A stretch of DNA of 61,922 nt, filler included, from Globobulimina sp. (lineage: Eukaryota), in NCBI GenBank assembly GCA_003354225.1. It is 26 parts of 26 records of this genome, joined end to end, with 100 filler letters (N's around TTAATTAATTAA, not from the genome) between each part and the next. Parts side by side here need not be neighbours in the genome. Positions count along the whole stretch, not along the records: positions 23,866 to 26,151 come from PIVH01007652.1; positions 26,252 to 28,537 come from PIVH01007653.1; positions 28,638 to 30,923 come from PIVH01007654.1; positions 31,024 to 33,308 come from PIVH01007655.1; positions 33,409 to 35,693 come from PIVH01007656.1; positions 35,794 to 38,078 come from PIVH01007657.1; 20 more parts are not named here. One strand, given 5' to 3'. Every line of letters begins with the position of its first letter. Within the stretch, counting starts at the first letter, position 1. The notes under the pieces were generated by a model. It saw nothing but the letters and a program-made list of their open reading frames with translations, did not search any database and was not told the DNA's origin. Made by a program: the position numbers and the translations under genes. This document shows positions 25,454 to 37,326 of the stretch, piece by piece.

Positions 25454-26151
25454 TTATTGCGTTTTCTTAACATACTCACTTTTAATCTGTTGCATTCGTT
25501 TTGGATAAATATCTTCCAATCGCGTCCTAAATATTTTATCAAAAGTCCCTTGCGAACCCGATCCATATTCACAATGTATAAAATGGTGATGATAATCGTG
25601 TGGCACAGCATTACCAAATCTAATTTTTCTAAATGGACTTCCATATCCAGAGTGACCTAAAGCTGTTTGAATGCATGCTATGGTGACAAATATGTAAAAC
25701 CAAAATAATGGCAATCCCAAAATCAATGGACTGCCAATAACTGTTAATAGATTACATAACAACATTTCTAATGGATGTGCAGCAGTGGCTGATATAGCAT
25801 ATGATTCAACAAACTCATGATGTATTTTATGTATTCTTCGATATAAAAAACCAATTTCATGCGCCGTACGATGTGTTGTATAAAAAATAAAATCAGATAA
25901 GTAAGGAATTATTGCTAATTTTAGTAATACGAAAAATAGATCATAGATATCTTCATAATAAAAATCAAAATCGCAGATACCTCGCCATTCCATTAACGGT
26001 ATGTATAATGTTGGAATAAAAAACATGGAACATATATCATTCAAAGCTGCTAAAAATATTGATTTTTTATATAATTTCCAAGATATTTTATTTTGTAGCG
26101 GACGAGGAGGCGGATAAAATACTTTGTAATCTTTTAATGTTCCGTTTTTTT
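25454..26151 (-). CDS. Sterol desaturase / fatty-acid hydroxylase family protein (methylsterol oxidase-like), 5' partial
   Basis: His boxes HRTAH, HKIHH and HDYHH; also AHPLE and GHSGY. Confidence 0.85.
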
Positions 26152-26251
26152 NNNNNNNNNNNNNNNNNNNNNNNNNNNNNNNNNNNNNNNNNNNNTTAAT
26201 TAATTAANNNNNNNNNNNNNNNNNNNNNNNNNNNNNNNNNNNNNNNNNNNN

Positions 26252-27094
26252 GCATCGCATATTGCATTAAAATCAAAACGTCAGCAATTACATGGAAAGG
26301 TATCGAATATGATTCGAGAAATCAATGAGATTACGCAGAGGGAGAATACAATGAATATGCAAAAATGTTAGGCTTTGGATGCTTTAAATGTATCGGTTGC
26401 GGAGAAGGAAAAATATGCTCAATTATTGAAGAAATGTAAAATATTGACTGCAAAGTACAATCAATTTGAGAAAAGCGTTGATCTCAAAGTTGATGAATTG
26501 CAGACATTCTTTGACCGCAAATGGGAGGAACACGAACGAATGTGGTCCAAATGGAAGGTGGATGATATTCTATGTTGGATAAAATATATGGTGTATGCTA
26601 ATAAAATAACATTGTCGCAAGAGATTGAGTTGAATCAAGTGGAAAAGGAGATGAATCGGCAAAAGTTTACAGGGAAATCATTGTCAAAAATAGAAAAAAA
26701 TGATTTAAAATTATTTGGTATTATTTTATTTGATGATTATCAACAGATTTATAAACAGATTCAATTAGTAATTAATAAATATCCGGTTATTCAGGATGTT
26801 GATATGGATAATAATGGGATTGAAGGAGGGGTCCAAATAACACGGGGAAATGTAGCAATACCGCAAGAATTTAAATGTCCAATGTCTGGTAAAATTATGA
26901 TGGATCCAGTGGTTTATGATGGGGTAACATATGATAGGGTTAATTTTATGGAATATGTGCAAGAACATAACACAGTGCCAGATTCTGATGAACCCTATGA
27001 TTCTGATGAAGGAATATTTAAAAATAGGAAATTAAAACAAAAAATTGTGGCATTTTTGGATGTCAATCCACAATTTAAAAGCGAAGGATTTTGA
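26252..27094 (+). CDS. SAM-like + U-box domain protein, 5' partial
   Basis: SAM-like: WKVDDILCWI...FTGKSL...DLKLFGI. U-box: IPQEFKCPMSGKIMMDPV..DGVTYDR...NRKLKQKI. Confidence 0.8.
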
Positions 27095-27358
27095 CGAATC
27101 AATTCATGTGTAATACCGTGATTGTATAATAATTGAAACCATAAAGAACACGTTGTTAAGAATCTAATGAGCTGTCATGTGCGCAGCTCGTGAGGGTAGT
27201 AGTAATAACAAAATTCAGTTATCCAAAATTCAGACTTAAAACTAAAACCAATAAAAATTTCTTTTAAGGTATATAAATAAACACGACAATAAATAAACGG
27301 ATAAAAACGGAAATATCGACAAGAATAATGGTATATTATTTACAGTATTTTACACTAT

Positions 27359-28537
27359 TTACACTTTGCATTGTGCCTCATTCAAACAAGATTTAACCAT
27401 ATACAAATCATCTTTATTGTATCCAGTAAATGACATTTTTTGAAACGCTGCAGCAAAATCAGTGAGCCACAATACATTATTCCCGGCATATTCCTCAACA
27501 ATGCTTGCCGTACGATTTTGTGGGGGACACTGATTTAAACCACTTTGGTCATCATAAAATACACAATTAACGCTTCCATTTATTGACAAATAATCTTCAA
27601 TTTTAATATACAAACTCATATCCGAGTTCAACATCATATTTTCATTATTCTCATTCAAATCGCCCCATTGGATTCTAAACGTGCCATCAACCACAAATTG
27701 TTGCCATTGTCTCATCTGACTGTTATCAATTAAGTCGATATAAAACATATTGTCCAAAATATTGCTGGCTGGCACCCACCGATTAATATATCCCGAGGCA
27801 TTCTTATGCGCTCTGCCAAGTGTATGCGCGCCGATTATGGTCACTGTCTCTCTCAATGTCATATCAAAATGATATGCAAACCATGTCAGCGTATCATTGA
27901 GTCCGCCGTCGGGATTGGGAAACGCCATATTTCCTTCATCTCCCAACGGTGATATCTCACAGTCAATTCTACCAAAATAAAAGCCTAAGTTTGGCCATAA
28001 CCTCCCGTTTGGACCAGATGCATATTCCAATGCCAACAAACCTAAACAACATCAGTCAACATGTACAGTTACAATTAATTTGCAGCGTGCAAACAAAAAC
28101 ATTTGTTGACGCTACACTCGTTTTCATGAACGGTGTATAGAAAAACGTTTTTTTTTTATGAATAAACAGAAATATATTACCTGCAGTTGCCCAGTAATCA
28201 GCGCGTGACATTTTATTTGCGAAATGACTTTCATATATTTCTTCCAATGGATCGATGGCGCCCTCTTTAAGAAATGCATGGTTTGCAAGATTGGCAGAAT
28301 CAATGCATCCGTCACATAGTGAGGTTGCATTGACATTATATCCAGTATTATTTGGATATGATGCATTGATATTCGTTGGCGGTCCTCCACAATCATGAAA
28401 TACCAAACGTACAGTTGTTGCAAGCAATGGTGCAACTGTCGCTGAACTGATTGCCAGCTGCACAGGTGGCGATGTAGCCGACCTGGAGCATGGGCTTCGG
28501 TGTGCTACATTGGTTAATACTACAGCCAGTGGTAGGT
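27359..28537 (-). CDS. Non-animal heme peroxidase (APX/CcP-like), 5' partial, 1 intron
   Basis: Distal RLVFHDC, MSRADYWA, GRID, proximal GAHTLGRAH, DNMFY, MLNSD, FAAAFQKM. Intron at about 28042-28180. Confidence 0.88.
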
Positions 28538-28637
28538 NNNNNNNNNNNNNNNNNNNNNNNNNNNNNNNNNNNNNNNNNNNNTTAATTAATTAANNNNNNN
28601 NNNNNNNNNNNNNNNNNNNNNNNNNNNNNNNNNNNNN

Positions 28638-30923
28638 ATATAAGTTTTTAGTTAAAGATTTTCATCATTTGATGGTGTATCATTTAAACACTTCCAAAAA
28701 AGCAAGGAATGATTCTAATTTTTCAATTATTCATAAAATTATGGTCGAAAATATTAAATGCAATAAAAGACGAGGAAGAAATGTTGGAATATCAATATAA
28801 CATTGATTTATTAGATAATATTCATTGTTTTTTCATCCATTCGTTTGATACCGGCTTTCGATTAAATGTTGATTTATATTATAATATGAACCATATGAAT
28901 GCCAATAAAAATGAATTAGATTTTGATTCCAATGACATTGAGCAATTATATGTCGATAATATTGTGAAACAACTGAAATCCCATTTGTCTGAGAAAAAGA
29001 AAAAAGTTAATACATTACGAGTAAAATCCAATAAATTTGTCACTACGGTGAATGAAGAAAAAACAACAGGTATTGATCATGGAGAAATTGAAGATATCCA
29101 CAAATTACAAAGCATTGTAGAAGATGAGGGTATGTACAACCATAAATATTCTTAATTTATTAATTAATATTATAATATTTATATAGAGCATGCGCGAGGA
29201 TATTCATTTGGAATTAGATATTATTATTGGCCATGGTTCAAAGACAAAGAAATTAATGATTGGAGAAATGATAAATATACATTGTGTGATTGGTACATTG
29301 ATAGAAAATACAATAATTTAAAAGAGGAAATGTTACATTATTTACCACTCAAAGAATTTAATTGCGCTAAATTGAAAGCAACCAAATTATTACACGGCTC
29401 CAATCATTTAAAACGAATGAAATGCGACTTTTATTATCATGGCAATGTGGACAAAATCATGTGTCAATTATCACGCTATGATATACCATGTGGTGCACCA
29501 ATAAAAGTATCAAATATTATGGTTGTATTATTTTATACGGATTATACTGTTTTATCATACAATTTTAGCAAAACCTTTCGGAGATTACATCCAAAAGAAA
29601 CGGATCAAGAGTTAAAAGAAAGAAATCGTTGTTATTGGAATTGGAGCAAAATATTAAGAGAAACTGTAGAATTATATGGTGAATTTATTTGTAAAAGTGA
29701 TATTAAAACATTTTACCATGGTATGATAACTATGATTTTTTTATTAATATTATATATGAAATACACATTACACACAATTAGGTGTTGGGTTTATGTACTT
29801 TGACAATTTTGTGTCGAATTTTTGCTGTCCAACCTCCACAACTAAGCAACTCCAAGTTATGTTTATTTTATTTCAATATTTCTGCATTGTTTGTTATTGT
29901 TTTACCGGGTATCTGCTACAAAGGTTGCGACCATATTTTGTGATGATAAAGGTTTGGTGTTGGAATTATCCGAGTCCCCCGGGAGAAACAGCAGTCATTT
30001 GACGTATTTTAATTGTTCATTGTTAAGGTAAGCAGTAAATATGTAATATTTGTTGACAAATATTCTGTTGACCTCTACGCAAAATAAATACATTTATGTG
30101 AACAAATTCCTGTAATTAAGCCTTTAAATACCACTTAAAAGTTGTTATGGAAATGAAGATGAACGTCTATTTTTTGGAGGTATGCATAACTTACAGTTTG
30201 TGTCAATTCGTTTGATGGAAACTAATCAAAATATGATGTGGTTTATAAAAGCATTAACATTATTCAGTAAAGTGATCGTTGGATGGCAAATACGTAAATC
30301 TTGTTTGGTTAAAATAACAAAAATGGATTATAAAATTGTGCGTGCACTGATAAAACAACATTTAAATCCATTGTCAAAAAATAAATTACCTGAATATATC
30401 CGTGAATGTTTTAATAGATTTTGTGCTGGAAAAGACAGAGTTAAATTTTGTATCCCAGCATTAAGGTTTTGTTACAGTGGGTTTTTGATGGACTTTGTGG
30501 ACCCTTCAAATGATAAAAATGTATTATTGTACAATAAGATATGCAATATATTCAATAATGTAAATTCAATTAAATGTTATGATTGCGGTCTTATTGATGA
30601 CAATTATATTGATTTGATGTTGGATATTGTGAAAAATATGAATAGAGATAAATGTTGCAATACTTTAAAACAAATGACAGTGAGTGGCGATGTTGTGGAG
30701 AATTTGGATCTAAAGAATGAATTATTTAAAGCGTATGGTTGGAGTATTTCTTTTGGGATCTTCCAAAAAGTAAAACGAATTCGGTTACGATTTCATGAAC
30801 AGCAAACAAAGGAATACGGCGTGCAAATTAACAGAGTATCGGACTTAATTTTAAATTTGTCGATGGCGTTTCAAAAAGATCACGTTTATTATCCACATGA
30901 TATGATAGTAGAGATTGAAAAAA
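28638..30923 (+). CDS. Multi-exon protein with an ADP-ribosyltransferase-like motif triad, partial at both ends
   Basis: After removing GT-AG introns the frame reads VLFYTDY...TFYHG...CPTSTTKQLQVA...GLVLEL...YFNCSLLSCYGNEDERLFFGG. Confidence 0.55.
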
Positions 30924-31440
30924 NNNNNNNNNNNNNNNNNNNNNNNNNNNNNNNNNNNNNNNNNNNNTTAATTAATTAANNNNNNNNNNNNNNNNNNNNN
31001 NNNNNNNNNNNNNNNNNNNNNNNTTACCGGATGCTGTCTGGTGTATTATGTTGATTATAGAGAAGATGAAGAATTAAAAGAAACTGACAGGGCAACAAAA
31101 CCGAATGCAGAATTCCAAATTTCTATGAACGATATTAAAATAACAGGAAATCATGGCAGTAACGACACATCGATTTGTAGTTAGACAACGCAGTCAACCA
31201 CAAAGACTACGTAGTGGAATTGTGGGGAAAGTGACTCTGCGTTTGGCACACTTTTGCATAACAAATATGACTTTGGTTGGGTGACCTATGTTAATTTAAT
31301 GAAACCTATGATTGATCCACCATAAATGTATAAACTGCGCCCAGATTATTTTGATTTTACTGTAAAAAAAACTGCGACACTAAAATATTATCGTAAACTG
31401 TTTGGATAACAGCCCCCTTTGTATACCGAAAATTCAATTA

Positions 31441-31570
31441 CTTTAGAATAGGACCTGTTTAAAACACTGTGTGTTTAAAAATTTAAAATCCTATGGAGAT
31501 TTACATACAGTGCTAGGATAATGTATACAATTTCAAAAGAAAAGTGTTCTATACAGCTCCTATTCTAAAG
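31441..31570. mobile_element. 130-bp MITE with 28-bp imperfect terminal inverted repeats and TA target-site duplication (Tc1/mariner type)
   Basis: TA|CTTTAGAATAGGACCTGTTTAAAACACT ... AGTGTTCTATACAGCTCCTATTCTAAAG|TA; 25 of 28 positions match. Confidence 0.75.
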
Positions 31571-31768
31571 TATAAATTTTTTCTGACTTTGTTCTCAATT
31601 TGCAAACACAAGACATAGTTATAACAAACGCAGACAAACCCAAGCCAATCCTATAGCAAACCTTTTCTGGATTTGCAAAGCGTTTCTTAGATAATATACA
31701 ACTTATCGACCAGGGGGGTTATCTTTTTAAATATATCGTTGAAGTAACAAACCGTACAACAACACATC

Positions 31769-33308
31769 ATGTCCAGTCATTACGAATCACACAAACAAAA
31801 CAGTAAACGCTATTCCAACAAACATGTCAACAAATACGGGCAAAAAACCGCCAAACACAGCAGCGGCGGTCACTCTACTCCGCGAACGGAGCGCGCCCGG
31901 CAAAAAGTGGCGCAATTCGACGTGAAAGCCACTTTGGACAAAGTGCCCTTATTATCCTCATTAGGTAAAACGCAGAAACGCCAGTTAGCCAAGGAGTTGA
32001 TCACCAAAGTCTACCATACAGGGCAGGACATTATGCGCGAAGGCCAGGAGGGCGACTTCTTTTTGCTTATCATCGATGGCAAAGTGGACGTCAAATCGAG
32101 CAAAGCCGGGCATTTGGCCTATCTCTCCGAAGGGGACTATGCCGGCGAGCAGGCCCTGTTGAAGGCCACCACGAGGAACGCCACACTCACTGCGGTGCAA
32201 ACCACCACATGTTTGTTGTGCAGCAAACACACATTCGATAAGATCAAGAAATCCGTCAAATTTGCTAATAGGTACTGTGTGCATACAATATATGAATATG
32301 ATGCATATACTGCGATACTATGCGAATTTGCGTGATATGTAACACACAATGCAGGGAAGGAAAAAAACGCAGAGCCTTCGCCACCAAAATCAACAAAGAC
32401 GAGATGAAAATGCCGGCCATTGAACAGAAACCGACAGAGACCATCGAGTGGATCTTAGAGTGCGTGTCGGATAATTTATTATTTTTGAAATTGGATCGCG
32501 ATCAGAAAGAACGCGTCGTGCAGAGAATGGTGTTGGTGGCCGTGAAGAGGGGAGACGCGCTCATCAAGCAAGGCAGCACCAACGCGCAGACTTTCTATGT
32601 GACGGAATCGGGCACCTTTGATATTTTGGTGGACGGAGTCAAGGTGGGACAGTATAAAAGAGGCGGCTGTTTCGGCGAATTGGCACTGTTGTATGACTCG
32701 CCCAGAGCCGCTACCATTTTAGTTTAGTTTTTTCCAGCTCAAAACCACTTTTTTTTACCTGTCCAAACTGTATACAATGTATAAAAATCGTTTTCCATTT
32801 TGAACTGCTTTGAACTGCTTTTTTTTTGTGTATGGTATACAAAAATTGCTTCATATTTCGGTTGAAACTCTGCTTAATTTGTTGTACAGGCCACCTCCAA
32901 TGCGACGGTATGGGAAGTGAACCGAAACGCGTTTCGCTACGAAATAGAACAGGCATCGCGCAGTCGCAACGACGCCAACATCAATTTCTTGAAAAAAGTT
33001 GACTTATTCAAGCCGTTAAAGCCGGAAGAATTGGTGTTAGTGGCTGACGCTTTGGAAGTGGTCAAGTATAAGAAAGGCACTACCATCATCGAAAAGGGCG
33101 AAGTCGGGGATAAATTTTACGTGATCCAACGCGGTGTCTGTGAATGGAGCAAATCTGTTGGGCAATCTGGCGATATCTCTCCGCCCGCTTTTTTTGGTGA
33201 ACGTGCGTTGCGCACCAAAGCCAAACGGGCGATGACCATCATAGCGCGCACAAATTGCACCTTGTACGAGATGACCAAATCCGACTTTGAGGCCTTATTA
33301 GGTCCTTA
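31769..33308 (+). CDS. Protein with at least three cyclic-nucleotide-binding domains (PKG-like N-terminus), 3 exons, 3' partial
   Basis: Cassettes GEQALL..TTRNAT, FGELALLYDSPRAAT and FGERALRTKAKRAMT. Introns at about 32271-32354 and 32722-32889. No kinase domain before the contig ends. Confidence 0.8.
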
Positions 33309-33408
33309 NNNNNNNNNNNNNNNNNNNNNNNNNNNNNNNNNNNNNNNNNNNNTTAATTAATTAANNNNNNNNNNNNNNNNNNNNNNNNNNNNNNNNNNNN
33401 NNNNNNNN

Positions 33409-34815
33409 ATCTCGAATATGTTTTTTTAGAAATTCAAAATTATCCTTATGATGTTGTTGGATATTTTTTTTTTGTATGTAATCTAATACATTATTATAAT
33501 TGAACCCACTAAATAAATTATATTCTCTATTTTTTATATAATCAGCATTTGAATTTGATCCATAAGGTCTAAATTGAATATTATAATAACTTTCCTTTGC
33601 CATATCAATTTCATATCTTTTGTAGAAGTTCCTTTTAGTTGGTTGTCCATCTTCTGAAAGTTCGGTATAATATAAATCTTTTTTGTACCCATCAATAGTT
33701 ATACCTTTAATCTCTTTCTCATAATAATCATATTTTTGATTATATTCGTATCTAGTTCGGTAAAACGAATTCGTATCTCTAATGTAAATCATAAACTGTT
33801 CAAAATATTGTTTTACTTGTTGATAATTATCTTTCGCTCCATATGGTACAGATATTGTATTTAAGAATCCTTCATCAAAGTGCAAAGTTGGTCTGCAAGG
33901 TTCATATATAACTTTCGCAAATTCTTTACATCTTTGACTATGACATTTTACTTTTAATACATTAGTGTATGTATTATGAACTAAGTAATTGTGATTATTG
34001 TCATGTGTTTTTCCACAATGAAAATCTTCTAAATCATAAAATACACATCCTTCATATTTATCAGTTCCTTCTTTTGAAGATAAAGTATCATATTTCAGAA
34101 TTATGGCTGTCACTTCTTCTGCTGGATTACTAAGATTGTGAGTACTCATTGAAGTTGTATTGATTATTTCTTCTTTTTTTATTGGTAATTTCAATTCAAT
34201 ATCATCACAAGCTTTTGTGTCAGTTACAAAATGTTTCGCAAAGTCTTCTTTCGTTTTGTGTGTCTTTGGAATTAATAATGAACTTTTATCATGTTTTGAT
34301 TTTTTTGACATTGGTATTCTAAATTTATTAAAACCAGCTCTGTAGATACTCAAATCAATCCCACTCAGATGATTGTTTTCAAAAACTGGGAGATTTTTTT
34401 TAATGAAATCTTTAAGACTACTCATTTTACATTTTTTTGTCCAGAGAACGTAATGGTAGGAGATTTTCATTTGGCCAAAATGTTTTGATTTTTTATCACT
34501 TACTTCCCTCGAATCACATGATACCGCCCATTCAGATGCATCAACTTCAAATAATCTACATAAAGTGTCCTCTAATTTATTCGCTATATCTTTTTCCGTT
34601 TCATAACTGTGTTTGTCAGTATCTAAATATTCTTCATAATCTATGTGTGGTTTTACTTCGTTTACTACAGCATTAAAATATTCATAACATACAATACCAT
34701 CTTTTGTATCTCTGTTGTATTTTTCATATAATAATTGATAAAGATCATCTACATTTATTTCTTCTCCTCCATTTGAATTTAATTTTCGAACTATTGTTAT
34801 CTTATTATTTGACAT
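33409..34815 (-). CDS. Virus/plasmid-type AEP (PrimPol-like) primase with Zn finger, probably fused to a helicase; 3' partial
   Basis: Motif I KPHIDYE, motif II ISYH, motif III DLSIYR...FRIP. Zn-finger-like HCGKTH..NHNY...KCHSQRC. EYNLFSGF segment of the kind that precedes D5-like/SF3 helicases. No introns. Confidence 0.75.
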
Positions 34816-34854
34816 CACTTCAGGGTTGGTATATTATACCACAATATTTTTTTG

Positions 34855-35011
34855 TATTCAGTTTTGGTATGATATAACTGATTTTTGTTTTTCCTATAGT
34901 TAATTAGAAATTATTGAACTAATGAATAATTTCTTAAGGTTATTCAGTTTTGGTATGATATAACTGATTTTGGTTTTTCCTATAGTTAATTAGTAATTAT
35001 TGAACTAATGA
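34855..35011. repeat. Two 71-bp direct repeats (34855-34925 and 34941-35011)
   Basis: TATTCAGTTTTGGTATGATATAACTG...TTATTGAACTAATGA occurs twice with 2 mismatches. Confidence 0.9.
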
Positions 35012-35288
35012 CCAGTTTTTTAGGTCTGCCTGGTTTTAAGTATTTGTTATTCGGTTTTATAACTTTATCATATCTTATTTTTGTTTTTTGTTTAATTCTA
35101 TCTGCAACTCCGGTTTTTTTATAATATCTTTGATTAGCAATTCGTTTTTGCTCCGGATTATATTTTTTGCAAATAGCACATTTTCTACCTTTAAAAAACG
35201 AACAAAGTTTCTCACATTTTGTACAAACTTTATAATCATTCAAAATTTTAATAATTTGTTCAGTTGTTATATTAATAACTATATCCAT
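34986..35288 (-). CDS. Small basic protein with CxxC...CxxC and an AT-hook-like motif
   Basis: CTKC...CAIC, a K/R-rich helix, KPGRPKK. Co-oriented upstream of the primase. Confidence 0.6.
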   Translation of the reverse strand: MDIVINITTEQIIKILNDYKVCTKCEKLCSFFKGRKCAICKKYNPEQKRIANQRYYKKTGVADRIKQKTKIRYDKVIKPNNKYLKPGRPKKLVISSIITN

Positions 35289-35340
35289 TATATTATTAAG
35301 TACGGTTTTTATTCCACGTTAAAAAAGGATTTAATTCAAC

Positions 35341-35548
35341 GTTAACACTTTTTCTATCCACACTTTTGGATAAGGTATCGGTGGATAAGGAGATTTTTTA
35401 TCGCAATATCATCACCCTACATCATCAATCTCCATCTCCATGATCAGCAGCATCAACTTTAACACCCTTCCGACGTTAACACCTTTTTTGTATCCACACT
35501 TTTGGATATCTTATCCACACTTTTGGATAGGATATCAGTAGGTGTTAA
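35341..35548. repeat. Iterated hairpin motif TATCCACACTTTTGGATA (x3) with interspersed TTAACAC motifs
   Basis: Exact copies start at 35355, 35491 and 35512. TATCCA and TGGATA are complementary. Confidence 0.8.
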
Positions 35549-35872
35549 AGTTGAATCTCATTTTCTAACTTTTGGGAATATGAAAAACAACTATTATTAT
35601 TTTTTCTGAAAAAACTCAATATAACTTTAACAACTTTAACACCTTCTACAACTTCTCATTATTTTTATATCATATATTACCTTTATACTATCANNNNNNN
35701 NNNNNNNNNNNNNNNNNNNNNNNNNNNNNNNNNNNNNTTAATTAATTAANNNNNNNNNNNNNNNNNNNNNNNNNNNNNNNNNNNNNNNNNNNNCTTTAAA
35801 GTAAAATTTAAAACCTGCTTTATCAAAGTCATCCTTGGAATAAAATTTGATCTTTCCGGATTCATTCTTAAC

Positions 35873-36088
35873 CAGATATCCGGTCTTATTGATTTTGGTG
35901 AACTACAATATGGGACCCATATAAACGAGCTCGCTGTCACTCTTGCTTACGCATTGCTAGGTGAAGATGATATCAATATGGCTGTTAGGCAAATAATCGA
36001 CGGTTACACTGAAGTATTTTCACTAGAGGGTGAGGAAATGGAAGTATTGCCTAACCTTATGGCGATGCGTCTGGTCCAAAGCATTATC
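35873..36088 (+). CDS. Fragment of an APH/hydroxylysine-kinase-type phosphotransferase, probably bacterial and chimerically joined
   Basis: Frame not in the ORF track: ISGLIDFGELQYGTHINELAVTLAY...IIDGY.EVFSL...EMEVLPNLMAMRLVQS. Confidence 0.65.
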
Positions 36089-37279
36089 TCCGTCTCTGTC
36101 TAACACCCAAAACAAAATAGCGATTAAATTTTTATTCAAATCAATGCCAGTGATACATTTGACAGTGTGTTGGAATGCTTTCTGTGAAATATTTTCTTTG
36201 CCAGCGGCATAATAATTTAATGCTCGCATAATATCCTTGATTGAATATAGACATTTATTAAAATCAACAAATTCCTGATAAGTAATGGAATATTGTTGTT
36301 TATTAAATCTTTTTTTAGGTATTCTATTGACTCGAGCCACATAATAAGGAACATCCGAATGATGAGCATAAGAAACTAATGACATTCCAAAATTCTTTGG
36401 CGACAATTTATGATTAACATTTCCTGTATATCGCTCATATTCAATTCGTAAGACTGATTCTCGCAAATTCAATAAAAATTGTTGGAATTGGGACAATGTT
36501 AATTCTTTTTCTTGATTCATTTCAAATAAATATTTCCAAATATTTGTTTTTTTAATAATATTATCATCCGTTACATCGTAGTTTGACGTATTTTTCTGTT
36601 TAAAATGTTCCAATAAAGACTTAAATTCATTTGCATCCATTTTGCCATTTTCATTTAAATCGAATATTTTAAAAACAAACTCAAAATCGGACGGAGGTAT
36701 CGATAATAATGATGTAATTAATATAAATTCTGATAGATTTATACTAAATCTCTTATTTTTATTTTTATTTTGACCTAAAATTAATCCATTCAGAAATGAA
36801 GGAATATCCTCATTTATGTCACCAATGTTTTTATTTTTCATATTTGCGGCGGCTGATTCATTACGAAAATCATACGGCAATATTGCTTCGCGGAAATCAT
36901 TAAATGTCATCATTTGTTGTCCACTTTGTTTATTTACAGTCGATGCAAATGTTGAAAAGATTTTTTCTGGTGTTGACATTTGACGAATTCTATTTTGATA
37001 GTGGCCATTTATGCGATCAACACGTGATGGTGATGCTGCTGAGACTGGTTTTGCCTTTTTTTTACGTCTTTTTAGCCTTCTTTTTGGTTTATCATTATCA
37101 TTATTATTGTTGTTGATAGGTTCGATTCCAGATGCACCAAAACAATAAAATGATGAGGTTGTTGTGACTGTTATCCATGTTCCAACACCTCTTGGTAAAT
37201 TATTATAATTAGCAAATCTAAAGTTCAACGACTTCAATCCAATCAAATTGAAAACACGTCTAAATGACATAGTTGTCAT
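36077..37279 (-). CDS. MICU1: Mitochondrial calcium uptake protein, MICU1-like; true C-terminus apparently lost
   Basis: HYQNRIRQMSTPEKIFSTFAS, EF-hands FKIFDLNENGKMDANEF and LDRDGDNAL, N-terminal targeting-like sequence. Confidence 0.85.
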
Positions 37280-37326
37280 GCTTTAAAGTTTAAACCCAAA
37301 CATAAAAAAAAGCGTCTTTTGAGATA

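Noticed and set aside
27165-27195. Small hairpin ATGAGCTG...CAGCTCGTGA considered as a SECIS element
   Set aside because: Stem too short, no apical AA, and no in-frame TGA seen in the flanking genes.
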